Below, piece by piece: positions 55,839 through 64,000 of a stretch of DNA of 64,000 nucleotides (positions are counted from its first letter, which is position 1; the number at the start of each line of letters is the position of its first letter). Where the stretch lies: contig PLLC01000087.1 in the NCBI GenBank assembly GCA_003141195.1, positions 2,875 through 66,874 on the forward strand. Direction: 5' to 3'. The notes under the pieces were generated by a model. The model was given only the letters and a program-made list of their open reading frames with translations, searched no databases and was not told the DNA's origin. The translations under genes were made by a program, and so were the position numbers. The stretch is from Syntrophaceae bacterium. Lineage in GTDB: Bacteria; Desulfobacterota; Syntrophia; Syntrophales; UBA5619.

Positions 55839-56920
55839 TTCCGTTTCCTGGCTCCGAAATTATGTCTTTGCTTTTCCCACACGCCCTCGACATCGACCCC
55901 GTTGTTTATGGCACTTTGGAGCCTGTCCAAGGCTGCCTTGCTGTAACCTTTGAATGTTGAAGATTTCCGTCGGAGGACTTTAAAGTAGTCCTGGTCATCC
56001 TGAATCCCCAGCTCAAGCAACAGGGCACTGGTCTTGGGTCCGGACAAGCCGAGCTTCTTGGCGAGATCGTCCCGGCCGAGGTTGTACTTATCCCAAATGT
56101 TGACCTCCTGCTTCACCAAGGTTCCGACGGCAGGTTCACCGTCTTTGGCCACGCGGAAGGCAAGATCAGCATCCTTCTTGATCCGGAGATAGATCGGAAT
56201 GCCTTCGCCTTGGGTATCAAGCTTGAGCTGTGCGATTTCGGGGAGGATGATGGACCATTCGTCTCCCTGCCGTCTTCTGTTGATTGCCTTTCGCAATTCG
56301 CCTTCGGTCACCCGTTCGGCATCCTCGCGAGTCGCCGTGGCCAAGGCGAGAATCGGTCGCAGTCTGGCTGCAGCCTGAATCCCTCGGCGACTTCCAGCCT
56401 GCAGCAGTTCGTCAACCTGACTCAGTTCACTATCGATCAGAACCTTCAGGTCTTTGGGTGGTCGCGACGAGACCGGCAGCACACGTTCAGGGATGCAGTC
56501 AGCAAGCCTCTCCTTGAAGACCCGGCTGAGCAGGTCGTCAAAAAGCGTGACCGCGGCTTGGGCTTGAAGGTAAAGAAGGTCCTCTGAGATGTCCTGGTAA
56601 TAATGAACGGCGGTGTCCCGGTGGGCATCCAAGATGGACAAGGTGGCCCGCTCATCAGCAGTGATCACCTTAATTCCGTTCTGGGCCACCTCCAAACACT
56701 TGTCGAAGCCGAAGGAGTACTTCTCTCCTTTTGCATGAACGGTCCCGGTCCTGTCTTTGATAATCGCCTTCAGCAGCATCTCGAAGGCGTGATGCAGAAG
56801 AATCAAGACGCTCTCGGAACGCCCCTGGTCATGGGGTCTATTGAACAGCTCGATGCCAAGCACCAAGGAGTTGATGGCGCGGTTTTTGAGTTCAGCCACA
56901 TCTCTCTTGGCTTTGGGCAT
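55835..56920 (-). CDS. DUF3644-like protein with C-terminal HTH-like region
   Basis: The N-terminal NRAINSLVLGIELFNRP...HHAFEMLLKA pattern is recalled from DUF3644; not verified. Confidence 0.5.
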   Translation of the reverse strand: MPKAKRDVAELKNRAINSLVLGIELFNRPHDQGRSESVLILLHHAFEMLLKAIIKDRTGTVHAKGEKYSFGFDKCLEVAQNGIKVITADERATLSILDAHRDTAVHYYQDISEDLLYLQAQAAVTLFDDLLSRVFKERLADCIPERVLPVSSRPPKDLKVLIDSELSQVDELLQAGSRRGIQAAARLRPILALATATREDAERVTEGELRKAINRRRQGDEWSIILPEIAQLKLDTQGEGIPIYLRIKKDADLAFRVAKDGEPAVGTLVKQEVNIWDKYNLGRDDLAKKLGLSGPKTSALLLELGIQDDQDYFKVLRRKSSTFKGYSKAALDRLQSAINNGVDVEGVWEKQRHNFGARKRK

Positions 56921-56923
56921 GAA

Positions 56924-59779
56924 TCATTCCTCCCCCGCGCGGGTGAGTGCTTGGTCGTACCACATGAGGAGCTTTGGGTCTTCCTGGAGAACATTCTCCG
57001 GGATCTTCTTAGCTACCTCGATAATGGTGCGGTAACCATCTTCCGATTTATCTTGCCATGCCTTTTTGAAGCCAGCGCGGACGGCCTCGATGCGGAACAC
57101 CTTCAGTCGCTTCTGGCTGGTCGTCCGGTATTCCTCGAACTCCTTGAACAGGGACCTCTCGCGTAGCTTCTCCAGGTCGCCGGCCTTGTTCGGGTCGGGC
57201 ACGTACCAGCGGTCCTTACCCTTGGCGCGGAGGCTCTCGTCGTCCTTGGGCAGGTTGCGCAGCTCCTTGAAGTTGGTGGACAGGTAGCTGTGAATCTGGT
57301 TCGGCACTTCGCCTTTGCCGTCGTAGCGCAGGAAGTTCTGTTCCATCAACTCGGATAGCTCCAGTGGCTTTTCGTACTTCTGCCAACCGCCAAGTTCCTT
57401 AATGAACAGTGGATGAATATCCTGAAATGTTTGTGTCTTGTCTTTGAGTAGTTGGCGCAGCCATGCGATGGCAGTGGATTCGTCAGACACAAACACCGAC
57501 ATTTGCTCCATGCCTCCTGCTGTCAGCTTCTTCTTGTCGTATTCGGCCACCTGGTCGGGCAGGAAATACATGCCATCACGATAAGAAAAGCGCTGAGACA
57601 GCCCTTCCTGGAAAGCCGCGCTGTCCAGCGGCACGGGATAACCTTTGCGGACGAAGTAGGCCACCATCTGGTCATATAGAATGCGGGGGTCGCGCTCGGT
57701 GACAGCAATCAGGTGCGTGCTGGCTCCTCGCTTGACGACGGAGAGGTATTTCAGGTGTGTGCGGACGAAATCCCAAACGCCTTCTTCGGTAGTGGCTTCC
57801 TTTTGGAAACGCTCTTCGAATCCGTCGTTGGGCTTGTAGGCGGAAATGACGAGGTCTTGTTTGACCGAAGTGGTGTTTGTTACAGCATTGAAGCTGCCCT
57901 GTTTCTTATTGAGAGAGGAAACATTGGCTACTATAAAGCCAGCTTCAGTCAGTGCGGTCTGAATACTGTTCCAGACAGAAGCTTTGGTATTGGAAAACTC
58001 CACGGTCATCCAACGACCTGGCTTCAATACACGGTAAGCCTCCTTGAAACATGCCGTCATAAGCTGGCGGTATTCTTTTGCACCTTTACCTTGCGTCTTG
58101 TTTTCGATGGCTTCAGATTTATTGTTTGTCCATACTTTTAGCCAAGATTCCCAGAGTAAGTTGAGTTCTGAGTAATTCAGATTAGAACCAAACGGTGGGT
58201 CAATAAACATGTAGTCCAAGGAGTTGTCATCCATGAACACTAACTGATTGTTGCTTTGAGACGAAACTATTGCCGAATTCGATTCTGGACATATTGATTT
58301 CAGTCCTCTCAAAACGAAATCGATATTCCTCCCTACAGTGAGAACGGGATTCGGCGGTGTAATCAAAGACGCAATGTAAAGCGTTCCCGCCAGGGGGCCG
58401 CCACCTTTTTTATCAGATCTGAATCGTCTTAGTTTAGAGGCGTATGGACTCGCCGCAGTGTGCGTTAGAAGGCATGCACGAGATACTCTCGACGACTCTA
58501 CTTGGTGATAATGATTCCAGATACTTGCCAGTTCATAAAGTGAGTTTTGCGTAAAAAAGTGATGCACATGGGTGATGCCGATGCGTAGCGGTTCACCAGT
58601 TTTATCTCCTTTGGGAATAGTAGTTGTCGGGAACCAATAGGGAATCTCGCCCCTCTCAATCTTTTCAATCAACGCCAAATCAAAGATATCTGGCACCTTT
58701 TCCGCCCGCTTGCCGACCACTGTGTAGTTGATGAGCACAGGCACCTGCTTGGCCTGCCTGATGGTCGCCTTGATAGCGCTGTCGTACTTGGTCACCCAGG
58801 CCCGCTCCATATTCCGCTTGGTCAAATTGGCCGAACAGTGCGGGCAAGGGAATTCGTCTTTTAGGCTTCCCGCTTCCTTATCCACCGCCGTTTCCCAGAA
58901 GACGATCTCCCTCGTACATCCCTGGCAGACAAAGACATCCGACCAGACGGTGAAGTTGATTTTGCACTTGGTCTTGCCATCGCTGTGGAGTGTCTCATAC
59001 ATCCAGCCGCATTCATCCTCGACTTCCTTCAAAATGCGTTTTGCTTCGCGCTCAAATTCACGGACGTCCACCGGCGTGTTGTAGTTGTAAGCGATGAAGG
59101 TGGCGGCTGGCGAAAGGTCATTCAGCACCGCTCGACGCGCGCCGAGTTTCGAGAACGGTTTCCAGACCGTCTTTCCATTTTCATCCGGCTCTTGTTGGGA
59201 GATTGTGCCATCCTTGTCCACCCTATAACCCAAAGACTCAACGACCGTTCTGTCACCGCACAGTTGCGCCGCTACGCCGGTCATACCCGTTCCACAGAAT
59301 CCGTCGAAGACCACATCTCCTGGCTCGGTGTAATGCAGGATGTACCGCATAATGGCCTTGTGCGGCACCTTGGTGTGGTAGGAGTGGGCGTTGTAAATCG
59401 GGTCGTTCTTCCCCTCGCTCACGTCAGCAGCGAAAGGTTCCCGGCTGTAAGGCTTGCTCTGGTCGTAGGGTTTGCCGTAGTGCTTGATGAAATCCGCGAT
59501 GAAGGGATTCGGGCAGGCGGTGTAATACGGCGGATCGGACAGGGCCAGGATGTCCTCGTCCGTGCCGATGGGGAACCCCTCGATCTTGCGGAAGTCTGGG
59601 TCCTTCAGCTTCTCGCTTAGCTTCTCCAGGAAATATTTCCTCCGCTCCTCGTCGTTCGGGAAGGTCATGCCGAGACATTCGACAGGCTGACTTTTTTCTT
59701 CCAGCACATTCTCCTCGTAGGACTTCTCAAAGAAGTCTGATTGAGCTTCGGCAAATAACTTTTCTGAAGGTCTGCTCAT
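56924..59779 (-). CDS. pglX: Large site-specific DNA methyltransferase (N6/N4 class), in the BREX PglX position
   Basis: SAM motif VVFDGFCGTGMTGVAA and catalytic-type FIDPPFG, plus an N-terminal SDPPYY; 951 aa. Confidence 0.85.
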   Translation of the reverse strand: MSRPSEKLFAEAQSDFFEKSYEENVLEEKSQPVECLGMTFPNDEERRKYFLEKLSEKLKDPDFRKIEGFPIGTDEDILALSDPPYYTACPNPFIADFIKHYGKPYDQSKPYSREPFAADVSEGKNDPIYNAHSYHTKVPHKAIMRYILHYTEPGDVVFDGFCGTGMTGVAAQLCGDRTVVESLGYRVDKDGTISQQEPDENGKTVWKPFSKLGARRAVLNDLSPAATFIAYNYNTPVDVREFEREAKRILKEVEDECGWMYETLHSDGKTKCKINFTVWSDVFVCQGCTREIVFWETAVDKEAGSLKDEFPCPHCSANLTKRNMERAWVTKYDSAIKATIRQAKQVPVLINYTVVGKRAEKVPDIFDLALIEKIERGEIPYWFPTTTIPKGDKTGEPLRIGITHVHHFFTQNSLYELASIWNHYHQVESSRVSRACLLTHTAASPYASKLRRFRSDKKGGGPLAGTLYIASLITPPNPVLTVGRNIDFVLRGLKSICPESNSAIVSSQSNNQLVFMDDNSLDYMFIDPPFGSNLNYSELNLLWESWLKVWTNNKSEAIENKTQGKGAKEYRQLMTACFKEAYRVLKPGRWMTVEFSNTKASVWNSIQTALTEAGFIVANVSSLNKKQGSFNAVTNTTSVKQDLVISAYKPNDGFEERFQKEATTEEGVWDFVRTHLKYLSVVKRGASTHLIAVTERDPRILYDQMVAYFVRKGYPVPLDSAAFQEGLSQRFSYRDGMYFLPDQVAEYDKKKLTAGGMEQMSVFVSDESTAIAWLRQLLKDKTQTFQDIHPLFIKELGGWQKYEKPLELSELMEQNFLRYDGKGEVPNQIHSYLSTNFKELRNLPKDDESLRAKGKDRWYVPDPNKAGDLEKLRERSLFKEFEEYRTTSQKRLKVFRIEAVRAGFKKAWQDKSEDGYRTIIEVAKKIPENVLQEDPKLLMWYDQALTRAGEE

Positions 59780-59782
59780 GGT

Positions 59783-60559
59783 TTAGGCCTGCATCACTTC
59801 CTGCAAATAGCGGGTTATCCGATCGCGGTTTGTTCCCAAACTGGAATACTGTTTCTCACAGACGTCGCTGAAGCGAGCCAAAACCTTACGGTTGACCGTT
59901 TCCTGATCTTCAAAAATACCCAGGGAACGGTTGGTCAAGTTCCATTTCTCATACTGGAGCAGTGAGATTGTGGCGTCCCGGATTTTGTCATCATTGGGAA
60001 GGGCAAAAACAAACAAGGGACGAGGCATGCCATTCACGCGACAGTCCACGGTATACATGCCCTGGGGATCGTGGTTCTGGTCCTTCCAGTCGAATATCCG
60101 CCGTTCTTCGGGCACGGCCGCCGCCATCAGTTCCTGGAAATCCTCCAGAAAGGTTGAGCGAACCCGTTCCCTGGTCAGATAAGATACATCGGATATCTTA
60201 AGCAGAGCCTGGATAAACGAAAACAAGGCGTCGCCATACTGCTCATTCTCTATCCTTAAAACCAGCTCACCGTCCTGATCCCCCACCTGAAAGGCAGAGA
60301 GGGCATTATTGATGATCTTCTGACGGTTGCCGCGATGCAGATCCTTCTCGTCGAGGTCATAGGTCAGGTGCATGTAGGTGTGGCCTTCATCGGAAAGCGT
60401 CCACGCTGTCTGATCACGTCGGAGCACGATGGACAGATGGTCGCCATCCTCAAACATGAAGGGGGTGAAGACGCGATAACGGTTCACACCTTCATGCGCC
60501 AAGTTGACCTTGGCGCAAACCCTTTCACGAAATGACTGTTCTATGGATTCGGTCGTCAT
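59783..60559 (-). CDS. DUF1828/DUF1829-like protein
   Basis: 258 aa. Family recalled from overall pattern and size; not verified. ATGA-coupled to the upstream 162-aa ORF. Confidence 0.5.
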   Translation of the reverse strand: MTTESIEQSFRERVCAKVNLAHEGVNRYRVFTPFMFEDGDHLSIVLRRDQTAWTLSDEGHTYMHLTYDLDEKDLHRGNRQKIINNALSAFQVGDQDGELVLRIENEQYGDALFSFIQALLKISDVSYLTRERVRSTFLEDFQELMAAAVPEERRIFDWKDQNHDPQGMYTVDCRVNGMPRPLFVFALPNDDKIRDATISLLQYEKWNLTNRSLGIFEDQETVNRKVLARFSDVCEKQYSSLGTNRDRITRYLQEVMQA

Positions 60560-61044
60560 GATTCGATCTCCTTGAATAAGGACAATTGCGAGTCCTGAAT
60601 GGCGTCAATATGACAATCTTCCATCAGGCAACGGAGTGCAGAAGGAAAATCAGAATAGCGATCCGATGGTTCCGCATAGGCGTCTTCCCGTGTACCCATA
60701 TCCTGATAACGCTCCGTGGCTTGATGTATGTGAAAGTCATAAAATGATATTATCTCTATGATATTGGTATGTTCGTGGCTTTTTCCGTTATAGCGTCGAA
60801 GACGGAATGTCTGGCTCGTATCGGGTGGGCAGAAGGCGAGAATAATTGAAAAATCGAGGTGATTGTAGTTGCTCTGCCGAAAGATCAAACGAAATTCATT
60901 GCCGTCGGCGCCAATAATGTCCAGTTCACGTTCCTTGTGTCCTCTCTTTTCGCGCAACTGGATTTTGGAGCGATAATTTCCCGGCAAAGGTTTGGGTTCA
61001 TTTATCAATCCGTTGATCTCCTGATCCGAAAATCTTGCCGCCAT
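60556..61044 (-). CDS. Hypothetical protein (162 aa), no family recognised
   Basis: Clean ORF, coupled to the next gene. Conserved-looking block [14 protein letters not shown]...[11 protein letters not shown]. Confidence 0.6.
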   Translation of the reverse strand: MAARFSDQEINGLINEPKPLPGNYRSKIQLREKRGHKERELDIIGADGNEFRLIFRQSNYNHLDFSIILAFCPPDTSQTFRLRRYNGKSHEHTNIIEIISFYDFHIHQATERYQDMGTREDAYAEPSDRYSDFPSALRCLMEDCHIDAIQDSQLSLFKEIES

Positions 61045-61108
61045 TGTGGTACCTCATTGAAATTATTCTACATAAGCAAAGTTACACTGTAAACATGTTC
61101 CGCTCATC

Positions 61109-61125
61109 GCAATTGCCGCAATTGC
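61109..61125. promoter_or_regulatory. Two tandem GCAATTGC palindromes
   Basis: GCAATTGC at 61109..61116 and 61118..61125, within the 279-bp AT-rich gap upstream (minus strand) of the 162-aa ORF. Confidence 0.3.
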
Positions 61126-61323
61126 AACTTGGGCCTCGACTTGGACCTCTTGGGCTTCATCATGGTCCTGGACTTTGTGGCAGAAAATAGTCATTTATGA
61201 TACCATACTTAGTACTGCGGTTCATAAATTCGGTTACGTATTTTTCGAATCCGCATGCTTAATCATCGCAGGATCGGCTACAAATGGAACGTCACCGTAA
61301 TCACGAAACGCTGTACTTAGTAA

Positions 61324-64000
61324 TTACTCCAGCACAATACGTACCTTGCCGGGCTCTTTACCCTTAATTAGCTGATCCAGGTAGTCTTCGAACCGCTTTC
61401 TCATTTCCGCTGGGGTGACCGGTGAGCCGCCCGTAAGGAGCGCTGATCGCAGGGCATCGGTCTTGACTAAAACCTTGATCAATCCTGTGAGCGCATCCTG
61501 CAGGGCGCTGATGAAGTCTTGGCCTATAACATCTGGAAGGATGCGTTTTTTGATAAAGCCGTCCACTATTTTCCGCTGGTCAGGCTTGAGGAGGGCCAGT
61601 TTCTCCCTGGTCGTAGGGTATTCAAGGTTTGCCAGCAAGGTTTGGGTCCAATCAACCACCAGTTTGTCCAGTTCGCTGTCCAGATTGTCGAGCGTCATGC
61701 CGGCTGGGGTTGTTGCAGACTCGGATGCAGGTTTGTGGCCGCAGTGCTGGCAGACAGGCGCTGCGTTGAGTTCCTGTTCGGTGAGGGCGAAGCAGCTCCT
61801 CAGGCCTGCAAGCCGGTTCTGGAAATCGGTCAGGTGCTGGAGGGGCATGAGATTGATGGTGGAGAGTTTTTGTAATACCTTGAGACGTTCGTCGCCCATG
61901 AGCAGGGCCTTGCGCTTGTCCTCCTTTACGCCCAGCCGCGCCTTGCTGTGGTGGGCAAGGTATATCTGGATATAGGCTTTTTTTAGGTCCGTCAACCGGC
62001 GCTGGGTTTGCTGGCGGAAGGCGGCCGCCCCGCGTTTGTCCGGGTCGCTAATTTGCCCGAGGACTTCATCGCGCACGAACTTCACCTTGTCGAGCCATTC
62101 ATGTCCGGTAGGCAGGACCGCTTCCGCTGTGGAAAGGTACGACGCGACCGTCCCGAGCTCATTGGCCAGTTCCTGCAGGGATTCAATTTCCTTCAGGGAT
62201 TGAAATCCTTCGTGATGGCCCTTTACTTCCGGGGCATCGTAACGGAAATTCTTCAGTTTCCCCGGCGTGGTGTACGCCTGAAGCGATTCGAGGAATGTCT
62301 TGGTTTCTTCCAGTCGGGCTTTCAACTTCTGAACTTCATCCTCGGACAGGAGACTTCGCCCCCAGAAGAACAGGCCATTATGTAAATTTTGCTGGGCGAT
62401 GACAAGCCGGTTGACTGTTTCCGAGACGGCCTTTTGCATTTGCTGAACCGGTGTCTCATCCGCTTGGGTAATCTGTTGAACCATTCCTGGAGGGAGTCCC
62501 AACAGTTCAAAAAGCGCTTTGAGCGCCGGGATATTCCAGTCTTTAGGGCGTTCGACGTGTTTGAATTGTACCAGCTCTTCCACGCCGGTACCGGCCATTT
62601 GCGGTAAGATAGTGGCGTCGAACTTTTTACCGGGAATGGCCAATACAATTTCTCCGGCATAAACCAGCGCGGCCAGTACCACCACCGCCCATTCCGGTTC
62701 CAGTCGCAGCGTTTGCGGCGCCAGATACTCGACCCCGAGAACCTCCTGGAACAGTTCAGACCGATTGACAACTTGGCCAGCACCTTTCTTCTTTGCATTG
62801 TCGAGAATATATCGGGCGTATTTTGACTGATACGGATCAATCCGCTCCCCGTCGAGGAGTCCCAAGGCATCCATAACCGCCGTTGCTTGCTTGGTGCGGT
62901 TCTGGCCGGCAATGGCCCGCAAGGCGTCCTGTGCCGCCTGGGCGCGGTTGGCGCCCGTGATGAGCACCGAAAAGAAGGGGTAATCCGGCGCCTGATCCCG
63001 AAAATGGCTGTCGAGACATATTCCCGCGACGGTATTCACCATATCGCGAAAATTGATCCGCTCATGGGGCGCTATGCCGGACAGCTCGCGGATCGACTTT
63101 CCCTTTGCCCATTCGGTGAGGGGTTTGGTCCGTCCCTGACAGGTGACATCGAAGGCTGTCGTCATGTTCTTCTGGAGCCATTGGACCAGATCCCGCAGAA
63201 AGTTCGACGCCTTGGATTCATATGTGTTTTTGGCATGGCCAGATGCCGTGGAGGCAAGATCGAGGGCCGCCGTATAGCCGCGTAACGCCGTGCGGAAGGT
63301 TTCATCGTCATTTTTCAGGTGAAGGAATAATTCGTCCGGTTTCTTCTCATCTTTGAAGGACGGCGCCTCGAAAGGTTGAAGGAAGTAAAGATAAAAATCG
63401 CGGGGCGGCACTGCCGTGGATCGCTCATTGGGCGCGCCGAAAAAGAGGTACCCAAGGCGTGCGGCCTTCCGTTCCAGCCACTCGATCTCATGCTGCCAGA
63501 TCTTGTAGCCGGTGACATAGGTGTAATCAGTACATTCCATGACCCGCTTCAGGGCTTCATAATAATAGCGATCAAGCTGCGAGGGTTCGAGACTCTCGGT
63601 GCGATTACGAACCTGTGCGTCGTAATCCACGGTTTTATGAACGTCGAGATAGAACTGCCCGCTCAGCCTTCCATTGACGTCCGTCTCTGTTGCCGACAGG
63701 AATTGACCATTGACGGCTTGGCTGATCACTCGTAACGCCGATTCAATTTCTCCGCGCAGATCGTCGGCAGGATCTCCGCCAAGATCGGCTACGTTTGGAT
63801 CAAAGAGGCACAGAGAATCCCTCAATGATTCCGATGTCAGGCCCACAGGCGTTTCAATGCTGCCGACAGTTAGCCGGTGCAGGCTCAGGCCATGGATAAT
63901 CCTTCCGGCGAATTCCTTATTCTTGCCTTTCGGGTAATTGCTGTTGATCAGCCCCTCAAGTTTTGCGCTGCACTCGATGACCTCCCTGATTTCCGGGATG
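61324..64000 (-). CDS. Large BrxC/PglY-position protein (DUF6079-like by recall), 5' end beyond the window
   Basis: The reading frame stays open from 63846 to base 64000 (translated by hand), so more than 890 aa are visible. Its position upstream of the methylase in a PglZ operon supports the call. The N-terminal ATPase part is not in the window. Confidence 0.5.
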   Translation of the reverse strand, partial: IPEIREVIECSAKLEGLINSNYPKGKNKEFAGRIIHGLSLHRLTVGSIETPVGLTSESLRDSLCLFDPNVADLGGDPADDLRGEIESALRVISQAVNGQFLSATETDVNGRLSGQFYLDVHKTVDYDAQVRNRTESLEPSQLDRYYYEALKRVMECTDYTYVTGYKIWQHEIEWLERKAARLGYLFFGAPNERSTAVPPRDFYLYFLQPFEAPSFKDEKKPDELFLHLKNDDETFRTALRGYTAALDLASTASGHAKNTYESKASNFLRDLVQWLQKNMTTAFDVTCQGRTKPLTEWAKGKSIRELSGIAPHERINFRDMVNTVAGICLDSHFRDQAPDYPFFSVLITGANRAQAAQDALRAIAGQNRTKQATAVMDALGLLDGERIDPYQSKYARYILDNAKKKGAGQVVNRSELFQEVLGVEYLAPQTLRLEPEWAVVVLAALVYAGEIVLAIPGKKFDATILPQMAGTGVEELVQFKHVERPKDWNIPALKALFELLGLPPGMVQQITQADETPVQQMQKAVSETVNRLVIAQQNLHNGLFFWGRSLLSEDEVQKLKARLEETKTFLESLQAYTTPGKLKNFRYDAPEVKGHHEGFQSLKEIESLQELANELGTVASYLSTAEAVLPTGHEWLDKVKFVRDEVLGQISDPDKRGAAAFRQQTQRRLTDLKKAYIQIYLAHHSKARLGVKEDKRKALLMGDERLKVLQKLSTINLMPLQHLTDFQNRLAGLRSCFALTEQELNAAPVCQHCGHKPASESATTPAGMTLDNLDSELDKLVVDWTQTLLANLEYPTTREKLALLKPDQRKIVDGFIKKRILPDVIGQDFISALQDALTGLIKVLVKTDALRSALLTGGSPVTPAEMRKRFEDYLDQLIKGKEPGKVRIVLE

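Noticed and set aside
61063-61194. 43-codon minus-strand ORF (MTIFCHKVQDH...TCLQCNFAYVE) in the BREX internal gap
   Set aside because: It has no RBS, and it covers the GCAATTGC palindromes, which are more simply read as a regulatory site. It is kept only as a note.
1-64000. Search by eye for CRISPR arrays, tRNA/rRNA genes and integrases
   Set aside because: No regularly spaced short repeats, no tRNA-like cloverleaf candidates in the intergenic regions inspected, and no recombinase ORF were found. Absence is by eye only and should be confirmed with tRNAscan-SE, Infernal and a CRISPR finder.

Overview
The gene content suggests an anaerobe, possibly a Desulfobacterota-type syntroph or metal/sulfate reducer. 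This is inference only; no marker gene is present.

Left to right:
1. 1-3.4 kb: a 5'-truncated tungsten-type aldehyde:ferredoxin oxidoreductase, followed by MoaD-like, SCP2-like and ThiF/MoeB-like genes.
2. 3.4-4.3 kb: a GC-rich patch holding a resB 5' fragment.
3. 4.6-26 kb: a minus-strand catabolic cluster with clear duplication and deletion scars. It holds a LarA-like protein, two UxaA/GarD-type dehydratases and a Liv-type ABC importer with two binding-protein paralogues. It also holds a GlcD/E-GlcF-type oxidase, 4-hydroxybutyryl-CoA dehydratase, a 2-oxoacid:ferredoxin oxidoreductase with an unusual GltD-like/ferredoxin fusion subunit, and an IclR regulator.
4. 26-27.1 kb: an inverted duplication of the iclR control region and an IS110 remnant.
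5. 27-35.7 kb: a respiratory module with an exported unknown protein, an MFS transporter and a tetraheme cytochrome. It also has a 19-heme cytochrome c fused to a cytochrome b membrane domain, a degraded cytochrome, and ResB/CcsA.
6. 36-41 kb: a TPP-riboswitch thiamine operon with extra genes.
7. 41-48 kb: a dienelactone hydrolase and a TetR/OMF/MacAB-type efflux system.
8. 48-52.6 kb: Fic, two more dienelactone hydrolase paralogues in inverted orientation, and an anSME-like radical SAM enzyme.
9. 52.6-64 kb: a BREX type-3-like defence island with atypical gene content that runs off the window. This is the best candidate for something new.

Two MITE-like elements sit exactly on stop codons. 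No rRNA, tRNA or CRISPR array was seen by eye. All identities quoted are by-eye estimates, not computed.
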